From positions 186,001 to 250,000 of the forward strand of contig NC_042998.1 in NCBI RefSeq assembly GCF_006345805.1: DNA of 64,000 nt, in the 5' to 3' direction. This document shows, piece by piece, positions 50,925-63,362 of this stretch (position 1 is its first letter; the number at the start of each line of letters is the position of its first letter). Below the pieces are notes generated by a model. That model did no database searches. It saw nothing but the letters and a program-made list of their open reading frames with translations, and was not told the DNA's origin. The position numbers were made by a program, and so were the translations under genes. The stretch is from Octopus sinensis. Taxonomy: Eukaryota.

Positions 50925-51987
50925 ATAGTATAACAATTTTTGAAACAGTATTATTGATCACTTAGTGTACTATCGTATGACATATATAAAGCAGGTTACA
51001 CTAAATAGCTAATTATAAATAAATATATGGAGAGAATAAAATAATATTAATCAATAATTAATATTAGTTGTCATAGGAAAAGTCAGTTTGGTTAATGCTC
51101 AGCCCCTTCTTGCCAATGTATTGGCCAAAGCTGAACCCACAAACATGAAGCCTCAAAGGGTTTATAAGACATAGCACATTGAGGATTTTGTCTTTCCGAA
51201 ATGTATATGCAATGGAATTGCTTTGAATCATGCACACACAAAGGAGCATTCTTTAATTTTCTATCATAAGAATCACTGATGTATAAACTATGCTATCATG
51301 AAAAGGACTACATAAAGGCAGTAAAAGCTTGTGGCCTAATGGTTAGGGTATTACATTCATGATCATAAGGTCATGGTTTCAATTCCTGGATCAAGTGACA
51401 CATAATGTCCCTGAGCAAAATACTTAATTTTGTCTTACTCCAATCTACTCAGCTTAAAATAAGTACTAGCAAAAGCTAGTACCCTGTGATGGTATTAGCT
51501 TTTGCTAGTACCCTGTGACTGTAATCTTGTTTGAGATGGGGAGGCTTACAATCTCAGTCACTAGTATGCTATGGTAGCTGGAATAAGCTTCAGCCCAAAG
51601 AGCCTGTAAGCTCATTAGAGACTTTTGTGTCTCACTGCTTGACAACCAACACTCATTTATGTTCTCTGAGCTTAGCAAAAGGAGACCGATAGCATAAGTA
51701 CCAGGCTTAATAATGTGTACTGAGGGTAAATTTGCTTAACCAAACTCATTAAGATGGTGTCCCAGTATGATTGCGGTATAATGACTGACACAAGTAAAAG
51801 AATTGAAACTCAAAACTTAATTCTAGATTCAACAGTGCTAGGTAAGTAAATACACCCCTCCCTTCTCAATACATATGAGTCTGCTGCAAGGAATATCTCC
51901 AAGAATCGGCTGCTCATCCCTGTTTAAGGAGCATCAAGAATTACATTCTGTTTGCGTTACAATGCCATTGAGACAGACACCTGCAGT

Positions 51988-54426
51988 TAGAGCTTCTCAC
52001 CCAGAATCCCTGAATCCAAAATTCCCAGGAAATTTGGCTAAACATGTAATCTGGAATTCTCAGGTCTGCATTCTGTTTCTCAGGAATTCTCAGCTGTATT
52101 ATTTAAAAGTTAATTATAGATTGCAAGACTGTCTTAAAGAACTTGAATGGTTCAACAAGTAATCTTTTATGCCATTTAAAGATTGTTAACAGACATCTTT
52201 TCAGAAACTAGTACAATTGAAGACAGATCTTTCTGAAAAGAATTGGCTAACAGAAAATAATCTTCATTATGGATAAATACCAAAACTATAGAAGAAATAG
52301 AATCTATGTTAATTGCTATTGATAGATTTTCTATAAAAGCTATAGTTTAACATGTATTTAATAGGAAAGATATTGCAGATAATATTTTGGTTTTATCTAA
52401 GAATGGTCCTTATTTAATGCAGACGATTTAGTGTCTCTAGGGTTTAAAAAAAATATGATAAGTGAAATAACTAAAAGAAAGAGAAACTGGCCATTTCTTT
52501 AGATGAACAAATACATCCTTGCATAATTGCAGATATCTAAATTATGTGACTTAGAATTATCAGAATTTATGGATACTAAAAAATTACTGATCTTTTAGAA
52601 ACAAATATTTCTAAATTCAACCTTGATTTAAATAAAAAGCATATAGTTGCAGACATATTTGATAGAGTAAATGTCCTGATTAAATTTAATGAGGATATTA
52701 ATTGGGACCATTAATTGCGTTATGTTCATGAAAATTATATTGTTTGTGATGTTCTTTAGAAGAAAACTGAACTATAGAGATGAAACTACTTTGGCTAATA
52801 ATCCTTGCAATGATGATGGTGATGAGTTTGAAAGTACATTTGAGGACATGATTAAAACATAGATTTTTACAATTATGAATATATTTAACAATTATATTGA
52901 TCTGCAACTAAATTAACTTAATGAAATAGGTTTAAAAGCAGAAAACTCTTTCTGATAAAGAAAATTTAAGAATTGGCAATGTCAGTTCATTCTGTAGGCC
53001 TTAAACAAAAGATAAAATACTACAGACAAGTATGTTGAAGAGAAACATGATCATAAATAGCAATTAATCGGTGAGACTATTACAACAGTAGAATGATTCT
53101 TCTTTAAAGGGTGTATTGCAAAAGTTATGATTGGTATAGCACAATAACTTGACTTTTCAGACAAATTTAATGCTGTACATGCGGTTGAGGTGTGATTAAA
53201 ACCAATTAACATTAACATTGAAAAACTAGATCGATGGAATTTAATCTTAGTTTCTGCAGAAGGCCTATTCATTACAATTCTAGAACTGAAATGAAAAAAA
53301 TACTCCAATGAGCTCCTGGCTGAGAGAAAGTGTCAAGAAAATAAACGTTGAAGGAATAAAATAATGTGATAAGATTAATGAAGAATTTATATAATCCTCT
53401 TTTAATTTTGGATGCACTTGATTAATTTCTAATTTTTCCAACAGAAACTTACTTCACTGCAAAATATTGCTGTTGAAAGAAATGACCCTCACTTTGTCTG
53501 AAGAATCCTTTATTTCCCATTTGAAATCTGAGCTCTTGATAACTGAGGCACATTTTCCATCAAAAGAAATGTTCCCACTAGAGAGATTAAATGTTGCCAT
53601 TAACAGAAAAACAAATCAAAACAAAACCCCCCAAAAAAACAGTGGTGGCACATATCTTAGTGTTAGGGTGTAGAACTCATGGTTGTAAGATTTTGGTTTC
53701 TGTTCCTGGACTGGGTCATGCATTGTGTTCTTAAGCAAAACACTTCATGTTGCTTTAGTATACCCAGCTGGTAAAAATAAGTAATCCTGCAAGATTGACA
53801 TCTCATCCAAGGAGGAACATATATGCCAGAGAAACTGGGAAACCAGCCCTATGTCCTTAATGGAGTAATGTGGATTAACCAATTAACAAAAAACTGTTGA
53901 AGACAATCAAGAGAGGACTCAATAATCTTGATACAAAAGAAGTAAAAAAAACAATGTGAAAGAAATTAGAATGTTTGAAATTACTGAACATAGGACCATT
54001 AATTTGCAGAAACTATGTCTTGCTGTTATTACTATTGCTCCAACTTCCATTGAAGCAAAGATAATCCCTTTTTTTTTTTTGAAGAAGGCTCTTTGTTAAA
54101 AAATTGTGATCAAGTTTCAGTGACAACACTGACAACATATATTTCTTGTGATAATAGTATCAATCTGACAGAAATATTTTTTAGAATTCAGGAAAACTTT
54201 CAAATTTTCTATAATTTGTTGTCTTCTATATAAATTAATTTTGATGAAATAATTTTTCTCATGTTCCTGATTCTTGCTTTCTATTGTCCAAAATTCTAAA
54301 TCATGGAATAAGAAAGTTGGGAAATGAAAAATAAAATTTAGTTTCTATTCCCAGGAACTTAAAATTATTTCTTTTATACTTCTGATTTCCTGAGAATGAA
54401 GAATTCTTGGGAATTAAGAAACCCTA
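51988..54426 (+). mobile_element. Full-length fossil hAT DNA transposon (pseudogenised transposase, about 52150-54150) with a SINE inserted inside
   Basis: Remnant motifs in order: ISLDE-/-TSLHNCRYLN (52493-52545), KHIVADIFDRVNVLIK (52637-52684), H*LRYVH...VCDVL*KK (52709-52765), LKPININIEKL, VITIAPTSIEAK (54025-54060). TIRs TAGAGCTTCTCA and TAGGGTTTCTTA match 9/12. The 8-bp flanks cctgcagt and tctacagc match 5/8, with all mismatches transitions. Confidence 0.8.
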
Positions 54427-54716
54427 TCTACAGCAGGTATGAATTCATGAACAATAAACTGGTAGTCCAGAAACTTACACAATTATTTTGATTCTGGTTT
54501 TATATGATTTCCTGATATAGATCTTGTATTATTTTCTTATGAAATAAATTATGCTCCATAGATTAATAATAACAGAGAATGCTGGGTAATAATGAAATCA
54601 AAATATGAAAGCATTATGACAGCAAAGATCTAAATGGGAAATTATAATGGAATACAGTTCCACATAATTGTATAGTGCCACCAAAAAATAAGATATAAAT
54701 ATGAAATAAATTATAT

Positions 54717-55093
54717 TCTTTTTATTTTACTTGTTCCAGTCATTAGTCATTAGACTGTGGCTATACGAGGGCACTGCCTTGAATTTTTAGTCAAATGAAT
54801 CAACTCCAGTACTTATTTTTTAAGCCTGGTGTGTATTCTATCGGTCTCTTTTGCTGAATTGCAAACACACCAACACTGGTTGTCAAGCAGTATTGGTAGG
54901 GGACAAACGCAGACATAAACATATATATACGATCAGTTTCTTTCAGTTTCCATCTACCAAATCCACTCACAAGGCTTTAGTCAGCTGGAAGCTATAATAG
55001 AAGACATTTGCCTAAGGTGCCACACAACGTGAATGAACCCAGAACCATGTGATTGGGAAGTAAGCTTCTTACCACACAGCCATACCTGTGCCT
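54717..55093 (-). mobile_element. SINE family A
   Basis: Collinear with the other copies. Confidence 0.8.
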
Positions 55094-55457
55094 ATGTAGT
55101 ATGTATTTCATCTTTTATATGTGCATTGATAACTGAAGTAGATACATCGCAAGTAAGTTTATGATCACTCACATAGGCATACACATTCATATGTATATCC
55201 AAATAGATGCAAAAAAAAAATGTAGAGAGTATATTAAACCAGTACCAGTCTGTGTATACAACTAATCAAATATATATTTAAACCTATACACTCAAATAAA
55301 AACCAACAGAGCTATAATTTAAAAAACAAAAATACTCTCTACTAAGAAATGAACATCACTGATATAATAAATAAATAATTATAATAATGGTGATGATGAT
55401 GATAATAATAATAGTAAAATAGTAATAATGATAATAATGATAATAATAATAATAATA

Positions 55458-55505
<48 letters not shown>

Positions 55506-55804
55506 TAATAATAATAAAAATCACTGATTACATGTTTAAGATATAACGACCAGCTAAAATATATGTTTACTCTTTAAGATAATTAATGATGTTACTGATT
55601 TAGACTAAGAGTGAATAAGTATGTATTTAATCTATGATAGAACAGAATACAACTATAGTAGAGTGTAACACAACTATTACAACTGACAGCAAACTTAAAC
55701 AAATACAATTAACCAAAAGAATCACACTTGTCAGGAAATTAACTGAAAATTTATTCTATTTATCATTCAGTTAATTTTGAAGTGGTGCGATTAATAATAA
55801 TGAT

Positions 55805-56252
55805 AATACCACAGATTTGCTTATCAGTTGTTTGACCTTAACCAGTTGAGCATGTCCCTTAGAGGCTGACGATATGTGCATCTCTGACAACAAGCAGAAG
55901 TAGTGGGGGAGCATCATAGCTATGTGTCAAGAGGGATCCTTTGGGGTTTGAATAATTCACCTCTGGAAACACGGGTGTTTCGTTCAACATCCTTAAACAA
56001 CCCTTATTCAGGGACCTTTTGAGCAGGATGAGTTACTTGACCAGAATAAAATTCTAACTGGGCCCCACCTGCAAGGTCATGTGCTGTTTATCTTGATATG
56101 AGATCACCATGTCGCACACATACAGTTGTGATGCATGTGCCTAGTGTACCCTTATCAGATGGGTAGTCCTGATGGGTATACTGGGCTTCGTATATTTTAC
56201 CCCAGTGTCACTTTGATGGCATGCACTGCTCTCTCACTCAATAATAATAATA
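55805..56252 (+). mobile_element. Family D copy
   Basis: Collinear with 43830-44260. Confidence 0.82.
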
Positions 56253-56282
56253 ACAACAACAACTGCAACAAGAAAAAGAAGA

Positions 56283-56795
56283 AAACAGAAGGGGTGTTAG
56301 TGAATGACAAATTTAAGCTTTTGTGGGACTTCACCATTCAATGTGATAGAAAGATTGAGGCAAGAATGCCAGACAATGCAGTTGTCAACAAGAAAGAAAA
56401 AAGACACAGCTGATCGATATCACTACCCAGGAGACAAAAGAGTGAAAGATCATGAGAAGACAGCGAAGTATGAGCCACTGAAGGAGGAGATTGGAAAGTT
56501 GTGGGGATGAAGGTTTCGGTGATTCCAGTGGTCATTAGAGCACTGGGATGTATATCAGACAGTTTTGAGGACTGTGTAAAGAGAATTGGAATTGATATAA
56601 AGTTACAGGTCATGCAGAAGACAGCACTTCTTGGTACAGCTAGGATTTTAAGGTAAGTCTTGTCTATGTAAGGCACAGGAGAGGAAGCAGTAAGGGACCT
56701 TTGTCAACTTGTTCACTGATCCCTAACCGAAATGTTTGGACTGTTTAGCATTTGTCTGAGATTACAAAAATGAATAATAATAATAATAATAATAA
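56283..56795 (+). mobile_element. 5'-truncated RLE LINE 3' end
   Basis: LLWDFTIQCDRKIEARMPD, VSVIPVVIRALG and MQKTALLGTARILR across frameshifts, with an (AAT)n tail at about 56773-56800. Confidence 0.85.
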
Positions 56796-57091
56796 TGATA
56801 ATATATACAGATACTTTTTAGAATTAATTGAAGAGATACTATACTATCTATAATACACATCATCACAAGAAATATCAAAGAAGCATACCAAAATGATCAA
56901 AATATATGAAAATTTTATGAAAAAGTTCCATAAATTTAAACTGGTCCATATTTATTTATAAAGGTATCTTTATATATGCATGTGTTTCTGTGTGTATATG
57001 CATGCATATGTGTATGTAAGCTATAATGCATTTAAGTGTATATGCATGAATGTATTTACTATAGCTTTCAGGAAGCATTGTCCTAATTTTT

Positions 57092-57354
57092 TTAAGCCAA
57101 AGCAAAGCAAGTTATAAAAAATCAATAATACAGATCAATCGTTTGTACTCTATCCTGGTACTTCAATATTTTATGGTTGGAACCCCTTCTTCAGGAAATT
57201 TATGTCTCTGCTCTGTATCAGCTATAAACACAATTTTCCTTCATAAATTTCCTGAAGAAGGCGCCCTAACTCTGAAATATTGAGATACTAAGTTATAGCA
57301 CGAACCATCGACCTGTATTATTAATTTTTTATAACTTGCATTGCTCTAGCTTTA
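57092..57354. repeat. Inverted repeat element (arms about 113 bp, diverged)
   Basis: 57092-57204 pairs with 57242-57354. Confidence 0.82.
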
Positions 57355-58044
57355 AAAACACATATAAAGCAGTTATATGAATGTTTTTATTTATTTATGC
57401 ATATGTGTATCCTTGCAATGAGTAAATTCCTATTTCTCTTTAATTATTCTCTCGATATTCTTGGGAAACGCAAGAATGGATATTGAATAATCAACTGCTG
57501 GGATAAATAAATCAAATCAATGAATGCTTTCAGCTTATCATGCTAAAGTATGTATTAAATAATTAAATAAAAACAAGGCTTTATGCTTTGGAAACTGCTA
57601 ACAGAAGACTCTACATCAAAACTGATATCAAAGCTTAATGTAATTATGAAATGGTTATCAACTTGTATGAATTACTGAAGTAACATCTATGAAAGGAACG
57701 TAAATTATTTCAGCAATCTATACATACTCTTACACACATAATTCTTAGAAAGATGGTTAGAATAAATGTTAAACTACATGTTGTTACGAAAGCTAAATAT
57801 GCACAAAAGAAAGAAATTTAACAGCATTTGCCATGAGAAATCAGCAAAGCAATTTCTGTCTGTCCTGTCCTTGTTACCCACAAGCAAAAAATATTAAAAA
57901 AATTAAATAAATAAAAAAACCAAAAATAACAGGAAACAAAAACTGTTATTCTTGATAAAGAAACAAAAGAGTTGAGGATATCCAAGACCGCACCTGATTT
58001 AATATAGAAAAATGCTGGATAATCAAACAAAACTAAAGTCATTT

Positions 58045-58049
58045 AAAGA

Positions 58050-58121
<72 letters not shown>

Positions 58122-58478
58122 ATATATGTATATATGTATATATGTATATATATGTATATATGTATATATGTATACATATATATATATATACATATATATG
58201 TATGTATATATGTATACATATATATATACATATATATATGTATGTATATATATATATATATGTATGTATATATATATGTATGTATGTATGTATGTATATA
58301 TATATATATATATATACATATATATATGTATGTATGTATTATATATATATATATATATATATACATATATATGTATGTATATATATATATGTATGTATAT
58401 ATATATATATATATATACATATATATGTATGTATATATATATATGTATGTATGTATATATATATATATATATAAACAC

Positions 58479-58545
<67 letters not shown>

Positions 58546-58665
58546 CATATATATATACACATATATATATATACATATATATATATATACATATATATAT
58601 ATACATATATAATATATATATATATATAATACATATATATATATTACATATATATATATATGTAC

Positions 58666-58714
<49 letters not shown>

Positions 58715-58715
58715 C

Positions 58716-58812
<97 letters not shown>

Positions 58813-58818
58813 TATATA
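58045..58818. repeat. Complex (TA)n/(TATG)n/(TACA)n microsatellite of about 770 bp
   Basis: Direct reading; the source of the YI-rich ORFs. A second block lies at 58937-59090. Confidence 0.98.
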
Positions 58819-58934
58819 ACGGGAAGCTTTATGAAAATAAACAAAAGACGAAGGCAGGTGGAAAACAAACGAACAATTGTATTAGTATGGCGCTCAGGAA
58901 ATATAAATAAAACAAGTCTTTAACGTTTCGAGCC

Positions 58935-58936
<2 letters not shown>
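58817..58936 (-). repeat. Short interspersed repeat (about 115 bp), possibly a Penelope pLTR fragment
   Basis: Reverse complement of 3231-3340 and related to about 2386-2515. It begins gctcGAAACGT(T/A)AAAGAC, resembling the 3' half of a minimal hammerhead. Confidence 0.55.
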
Positions 58937-59002
<66 letters not shown>

Positions 59003-59051
59003 ATACATATATATATATACATACATACATATATATATATATACATACATA

Positions 59052-59091
<40 letters not shown>

Positions 59092-59600
59092 GAAGTAATA
59101 ATAAAAGTAGTAATAATAATAAGTATAATAAGAATAATAAAGGTGATGATGATGATAATTATAATAATAATAATTATAATATTAAATTACCTTAAATTTG
59201 GAACATTTAATTCATTCTGAGAGATTTAAATAAAAGAATGAAAAGGGGAAGGAAAAAAAAACAATAAATATATTTGAGGTTGAATGGGTGAAGTAGTTTT
59301 TTTTTGAAACTTGTAATTTGTAATGACACAAACTCAGACAAATAAGAAATGGGGTTTATTCTCTGTAAGACTACAGCTGAATTTCCAGAGGTAGAAAACT
59401 GAAAAAGTTCTTTGTTTGCTTACTTTTTTTTTGTGTATTTGATTTTTTTTTTCTTTGTAATTAGTGAGTTAATTTTTATGTTGAAAATAAATATGCTACA
59501 GTTTGTATTTTTTGATTTGTGTTTGTTTGTTTTGTAGTTTTTTTAATAATGTACACTTTAAATAAAGACATTAGTATAAATTAGATTGAGATAGCAATAT

Positions 59601-59827
59601 TTACAGCATTAGCCATAACTTAAGGCACAGACTTAGCAAGATCACAGATTTTGACAATTTTGACGAGAGGCTGCTACCTTCACAGGAGCCACTGCTGTCA
59701 TCCTCACCATAGTCACCCATCTTGTTCGCACATTGGCACCGGTATGATCCAATGGTGTTTACACAGACTGTATTTCCGTTGCAGTGGTGGCCATGTTTCC
59801 CACCAACAGACACACATTCATCAATGT
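59601..59827 (-). CDS. Coding exon of a secreted or cell-surface protein: one calcium-binding EGF domain followed by a hydrophobic C-terminus (probable terminal exon, GPI-signal-like)
   Basis: A pyrimidine-rich acceptor ...tttcattgtAG precedes a phase-1 start (G)AC ATT GAT GAA TGT. Translation DIDECVSVGGKHGHHCNGNTVCVNTIGSYRCQCANKMGDYGEDDSSGSCEGSSLSSKLSKSVILLSLCLKLWLML* has the D-I-D-E-C Ca-binding start, six Cys and the C-x-N-x4-Y-x-C-x-C hydroxylation motif. An AT-rich region with AATAAA (tttatt near 59355) follows. Confidence 0.88.
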
Positions 59828-60727
59828 CTACAATGAAAATCATAAATGAAAAACAGGAATAAAAAAAAAATGAAAAAAAAAATTAAACTATAGGAATGTT
59901 ATCAATGTCTACCACTAATTATTGTTACTGATCTGAAATATAGAAATATAAAAATGTTAGGAAGAAGAATCAAAACAAAGAAGGAAATAGCATAAAATTC
60001 CTTTGAATAAATTCCTCTGAATTTAGAAAAATAAATTTTAACTGTTGTTTCACTGTTGTTTTGGGGGTCATTGAGAGAAAGAAAGGGCAACAGCCACGAT
60101 CTTTTAACAGAGAAGTCACGACCAATAAAGTGAGAGAAAGGTTAATGTCACCATTTGTAGTTGGACTACAATTGGTGATGTTTTTGCTGACCTATCTAGT
60201 CAACAAATTATCCACTGGCTCTGCACTTTCTAATTCCTCTGGAATAAAAAGAACAAAACAAGACAAAAATAAACCCTTACTTCAAAAACAGGTAAAGGTC
60301 AGCAACAGGAAGTGCATTCAGCCGTAAAAAAGATCCTGCCTCAGTTAATTCTCATGTAAGCAATACTAGCATGGAAAAAAACCTGATGCTAATGGTATGA
60401 ATGAATGGATTAGCCTCAGACAGAAAACCAGGTAGAAATACAACAAAGTGAACTCCATTAAAGGGAGCCAAGGGCTGGAGGTAATGAAAAAGTGAGAGAT
60501 AAACTACCAGGAACAAAGGGGGAAAAAACACCCATTAATTAAACAAAAAATATGGTCCTTTTGTTATTTCACCATATTGTATATATACTTTCATTAAGAT
60601 GTTATCATGTGTGTACTGTTATACATTTGTAAATATTTATATGTCAAGAGAAACCAAATAGTCTTTCTAGATATAAATCTAATCATGCATCTATTACTGA
60701 CTATTCAAGCATGCTATCTATTTCAAT

Positions 60728-60788
<61 letters not shown>

Positions 60789-60797
60789 CATATTTAT

Positions 60798-60868
<71 letters not shown>

Positions 60869-61439
60869 CACACATACATGTATACATATTTCTGCCCATA
60901 TATGTATATGTGTATGTGTATATATTTATTCACACACACACACATACATGCAAGCTTATTCATATATATAATTGTGTGTATAGACATATTAACATTTTTG
61001 AACATAGACAACCTTTGATTCTAACACTCGATTCTTTAGAGTTTGAAAAGTGTTGCAGGAACCATATCTGGTTTTTCTTCCTGGGGTACAAGCCATTATA
61101 CAAAGTGTTAAACAGTTTGTGCTGGTCTAAATAGTTTATTGATCTCTGCATATGATTCTCTCCTGCACTTTTCAAGGGTGGAGTATAAATGATATAGGTC
61201 TGTAATAGTTTGTCTGTGTTCTACTGCCATCTTTATGAATCTGAGTCATAGCTTCTTTCAGGTAACTCTGATAGGGTATTTGCAGGGGCCTAGCTAGATT
61301 AACTTTACAGGATTTTAGGAGTAGAAAACCTTCTGGTTATTGAAATGATTAATATTATGATAGCTTATTGATTCTATTATGTCCTGTTCTGGTAGGATTA
61401 TAAGCCAGGTTGCTGTGAGTTGTCTAGTAGAATATATCA

Positions 61440-61860
61440 AGGTAGTCGCCCTACTGGCACTTGTGCCTGTGCTAGTAGGGTGCCAAGAGCACCATCCGAG
61501 CGTGATCGTTGCCAGAGCAGCTAACTGGCTTCCGTGCCAGTGGCACGTAAAAGGGCACCATTTGAGCGTGATCGTTACCAACATCGCCTTACTGGCAGCT
61601 GTGCAGGTGGCATGTGTAAAAGGATTCCAGTGAGGTCGTTGCCAGTACCGCCTGACTGGCCTCCATGCTGGTGGCACGTAGAAAGCACCCACTACACTCT
61701 CAGAGTGGTTGGCATTACGAAGGGCATCCAGCTGTAGAAACTCTGCCAAATCAAGATTGGAGCCTGGTGCAGCCATCTGGTTTGCCAGCCCTCCATCAAA
61801 ATCGTCCAACCCATGCTAGCATGGAAAGCGGACGTTAAACGATGATGATGATGATGATGT
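61440..61860 (+). mobile_element. RTE-type 3' tail with about 3-4 diverged units of about 65 bp
   Basis: Repeated tggcacgtaaaag...gagcgtgatcgtt units, then the shared tail ending ggacgttaaacgatgatgat. Confidence 0.8.
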
Positions 61861-62218
61861 ATACAATATGATACTGTTTTCTTGGCTGAGAAAATAGGCA
61901 TTTAAAACTGCTCATTAACTAGCTGGCAACAACAGAAGGGTCGTTCACATATGAGCCATCTTAGTATTGAAGCAAACTGATTCATAATTTCACAACAATA
62001 AAGTCATGTGCCATAGTAGAAAATACTAAAACGTCTTTGCCTTTCACCTTGTCTGCTAAGTGGTTGATAGGTCTTGTCTTAGTTCTGCAATTTCCTTTAG
62101 AAGCTTATCTGTGCAGTACTGATAATTTTTATCTAATTCTACACGATTAGTTTTCTTTGTGTGAGAACAAATTTACTAACATCTTTCATGTGCATTTGCC
62201 TGTTTCTCCAGATAGTGG

Positions 62219-62220
<2 letters not shown>

Positions 62221-62255
<35 letters not shown>

Positions 62256-62592
62256 TATCATTGAGTGAGAAAGCAGCACATACCATCAAAGTGACACTGG
62301 GGCACAAATATATGAAACCCAATATACCCATCATGACTACCCATAAGAACACACCAGGTACATGCATCACAACAATATGTGCATGATATGGTCATATCAT
62401 ATCAAGATAAATAGTGCATGACGTTGTGGGTGGGGTCCAGTTACAATTTTCTTGTAGTTGAGTAGCCCATGCCACTCAAAAGCTCCCTGAATAAGGGATA
62501 AGGGTTGTTTAAGGATGATGAATGAAACACCCATGTTTCCAGGGGTCAATTATTCAAACCCCCAAAGAATTTTCCTCAACACATGGCTATGT
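62221..62592 (-). mobile_element. Family D copy (5'-truncated, diverged)
   Basis: Reverse-complement homologue flanked by (TTA)n on both sides. Confidence 0.75.
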
Positions 62593-62615
62593 TATTATTA
62601 TTATTATTATTATTA

Positions 62616-62826
62616 TTAACCATTTGTATTTAGATTAGCCTGTCAAATGTAATGTTTATTTATTATTACTGTTTTGGATCCATCATGCATTATCTTGTAA
62701 CTTTGAGATTTTGATAATATGATTATTTTTAGAATAACATTGTAGAATAGGTGTAGGAGGTTGGATCTTGCAATTTTGCTGGAATATTTTGGCCAGATAT
62801 GGCAGGTTTAAACACTAAAGGGTTAA
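62616..62826. mobile_element. piggyBac-type MITE, second family, opposite orientation
   Basis: TTAA-ccatttgtatttagat ... aacactaaaggg-TTAA. Confidence 0.6.
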
Positions 62827-62963
62827 TATTGAAAAGGCGACTAGCTGTTAGAATCATTAACACAGTGGGCAAAATTCTTAGTGGCATTTTGTCTGTGTTA
62901 ACGTTTGATGCACTTACTCTGAATTGTAAAATTGCTGGCTTTCAGACTAAATTACAAAGTTAT

Positions 62964-63325
62964 TATTACCTTCACCTTAGTGAAGGTGGAGGTATTGTTT
63001 TCAGTCGTGTTTGTTTGTTTGTCTGTGGACAAGATATCTCAAGAACCGCTGGATAGATTCTGATGAAACTTTCGGGAATGTTTGGTCTTGTGACTGGCAG
63101 GAACTGATTAAATTTTGGGATTGATCTCATACTGGACAAGGATTCTTGATTATTTTTCCTCTTTTTTACTTAATTTTTGAGAGAGGTCGGGTTCATTTTT
63201 AGTATTCTCGTTTGGGAGAGCAGTTGAGTTTATTTCAGATATTCTCATTTTAAAAATCATTTCTGGCTAATCGTTGAGAGGACATTGGTATTGCCTTGGC
63301 AGAGGTTTGTGCTCTGTGAGTGCTC

Positions 63326-63330
<5 letters not shown>
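62964..63330 (+). mobile_element. DINE-1/HINE-type (Helentron-associated) element
   Basis: 5' palindrome ttaccttcaccttagtgaaggtggagg, a (GTTT)n microsatellite, a 3' subterminal repeat cttggcagagg, a short hairpin-like gtgctctgtgagtgc, and T-rich flanks. Confidence 0.7.

Positions 63331-63362
<32 letters not shown>

Noticed and set aside
58012-58923. Multiple 120-264 aa YI/YM-rich ORFs (also at 26.5-28.0, 32.9, 60.6-61.1 kb and elsewhere)
   Set aside because: They are translations of (TA)n/(TG)n microsatellites, which lack stop codons in several frames. They are not genes.
63055-63085. CTGATGAAAC motif
   Set aside because: It is part of the HINE core sequence, and no hammerhead stems form.
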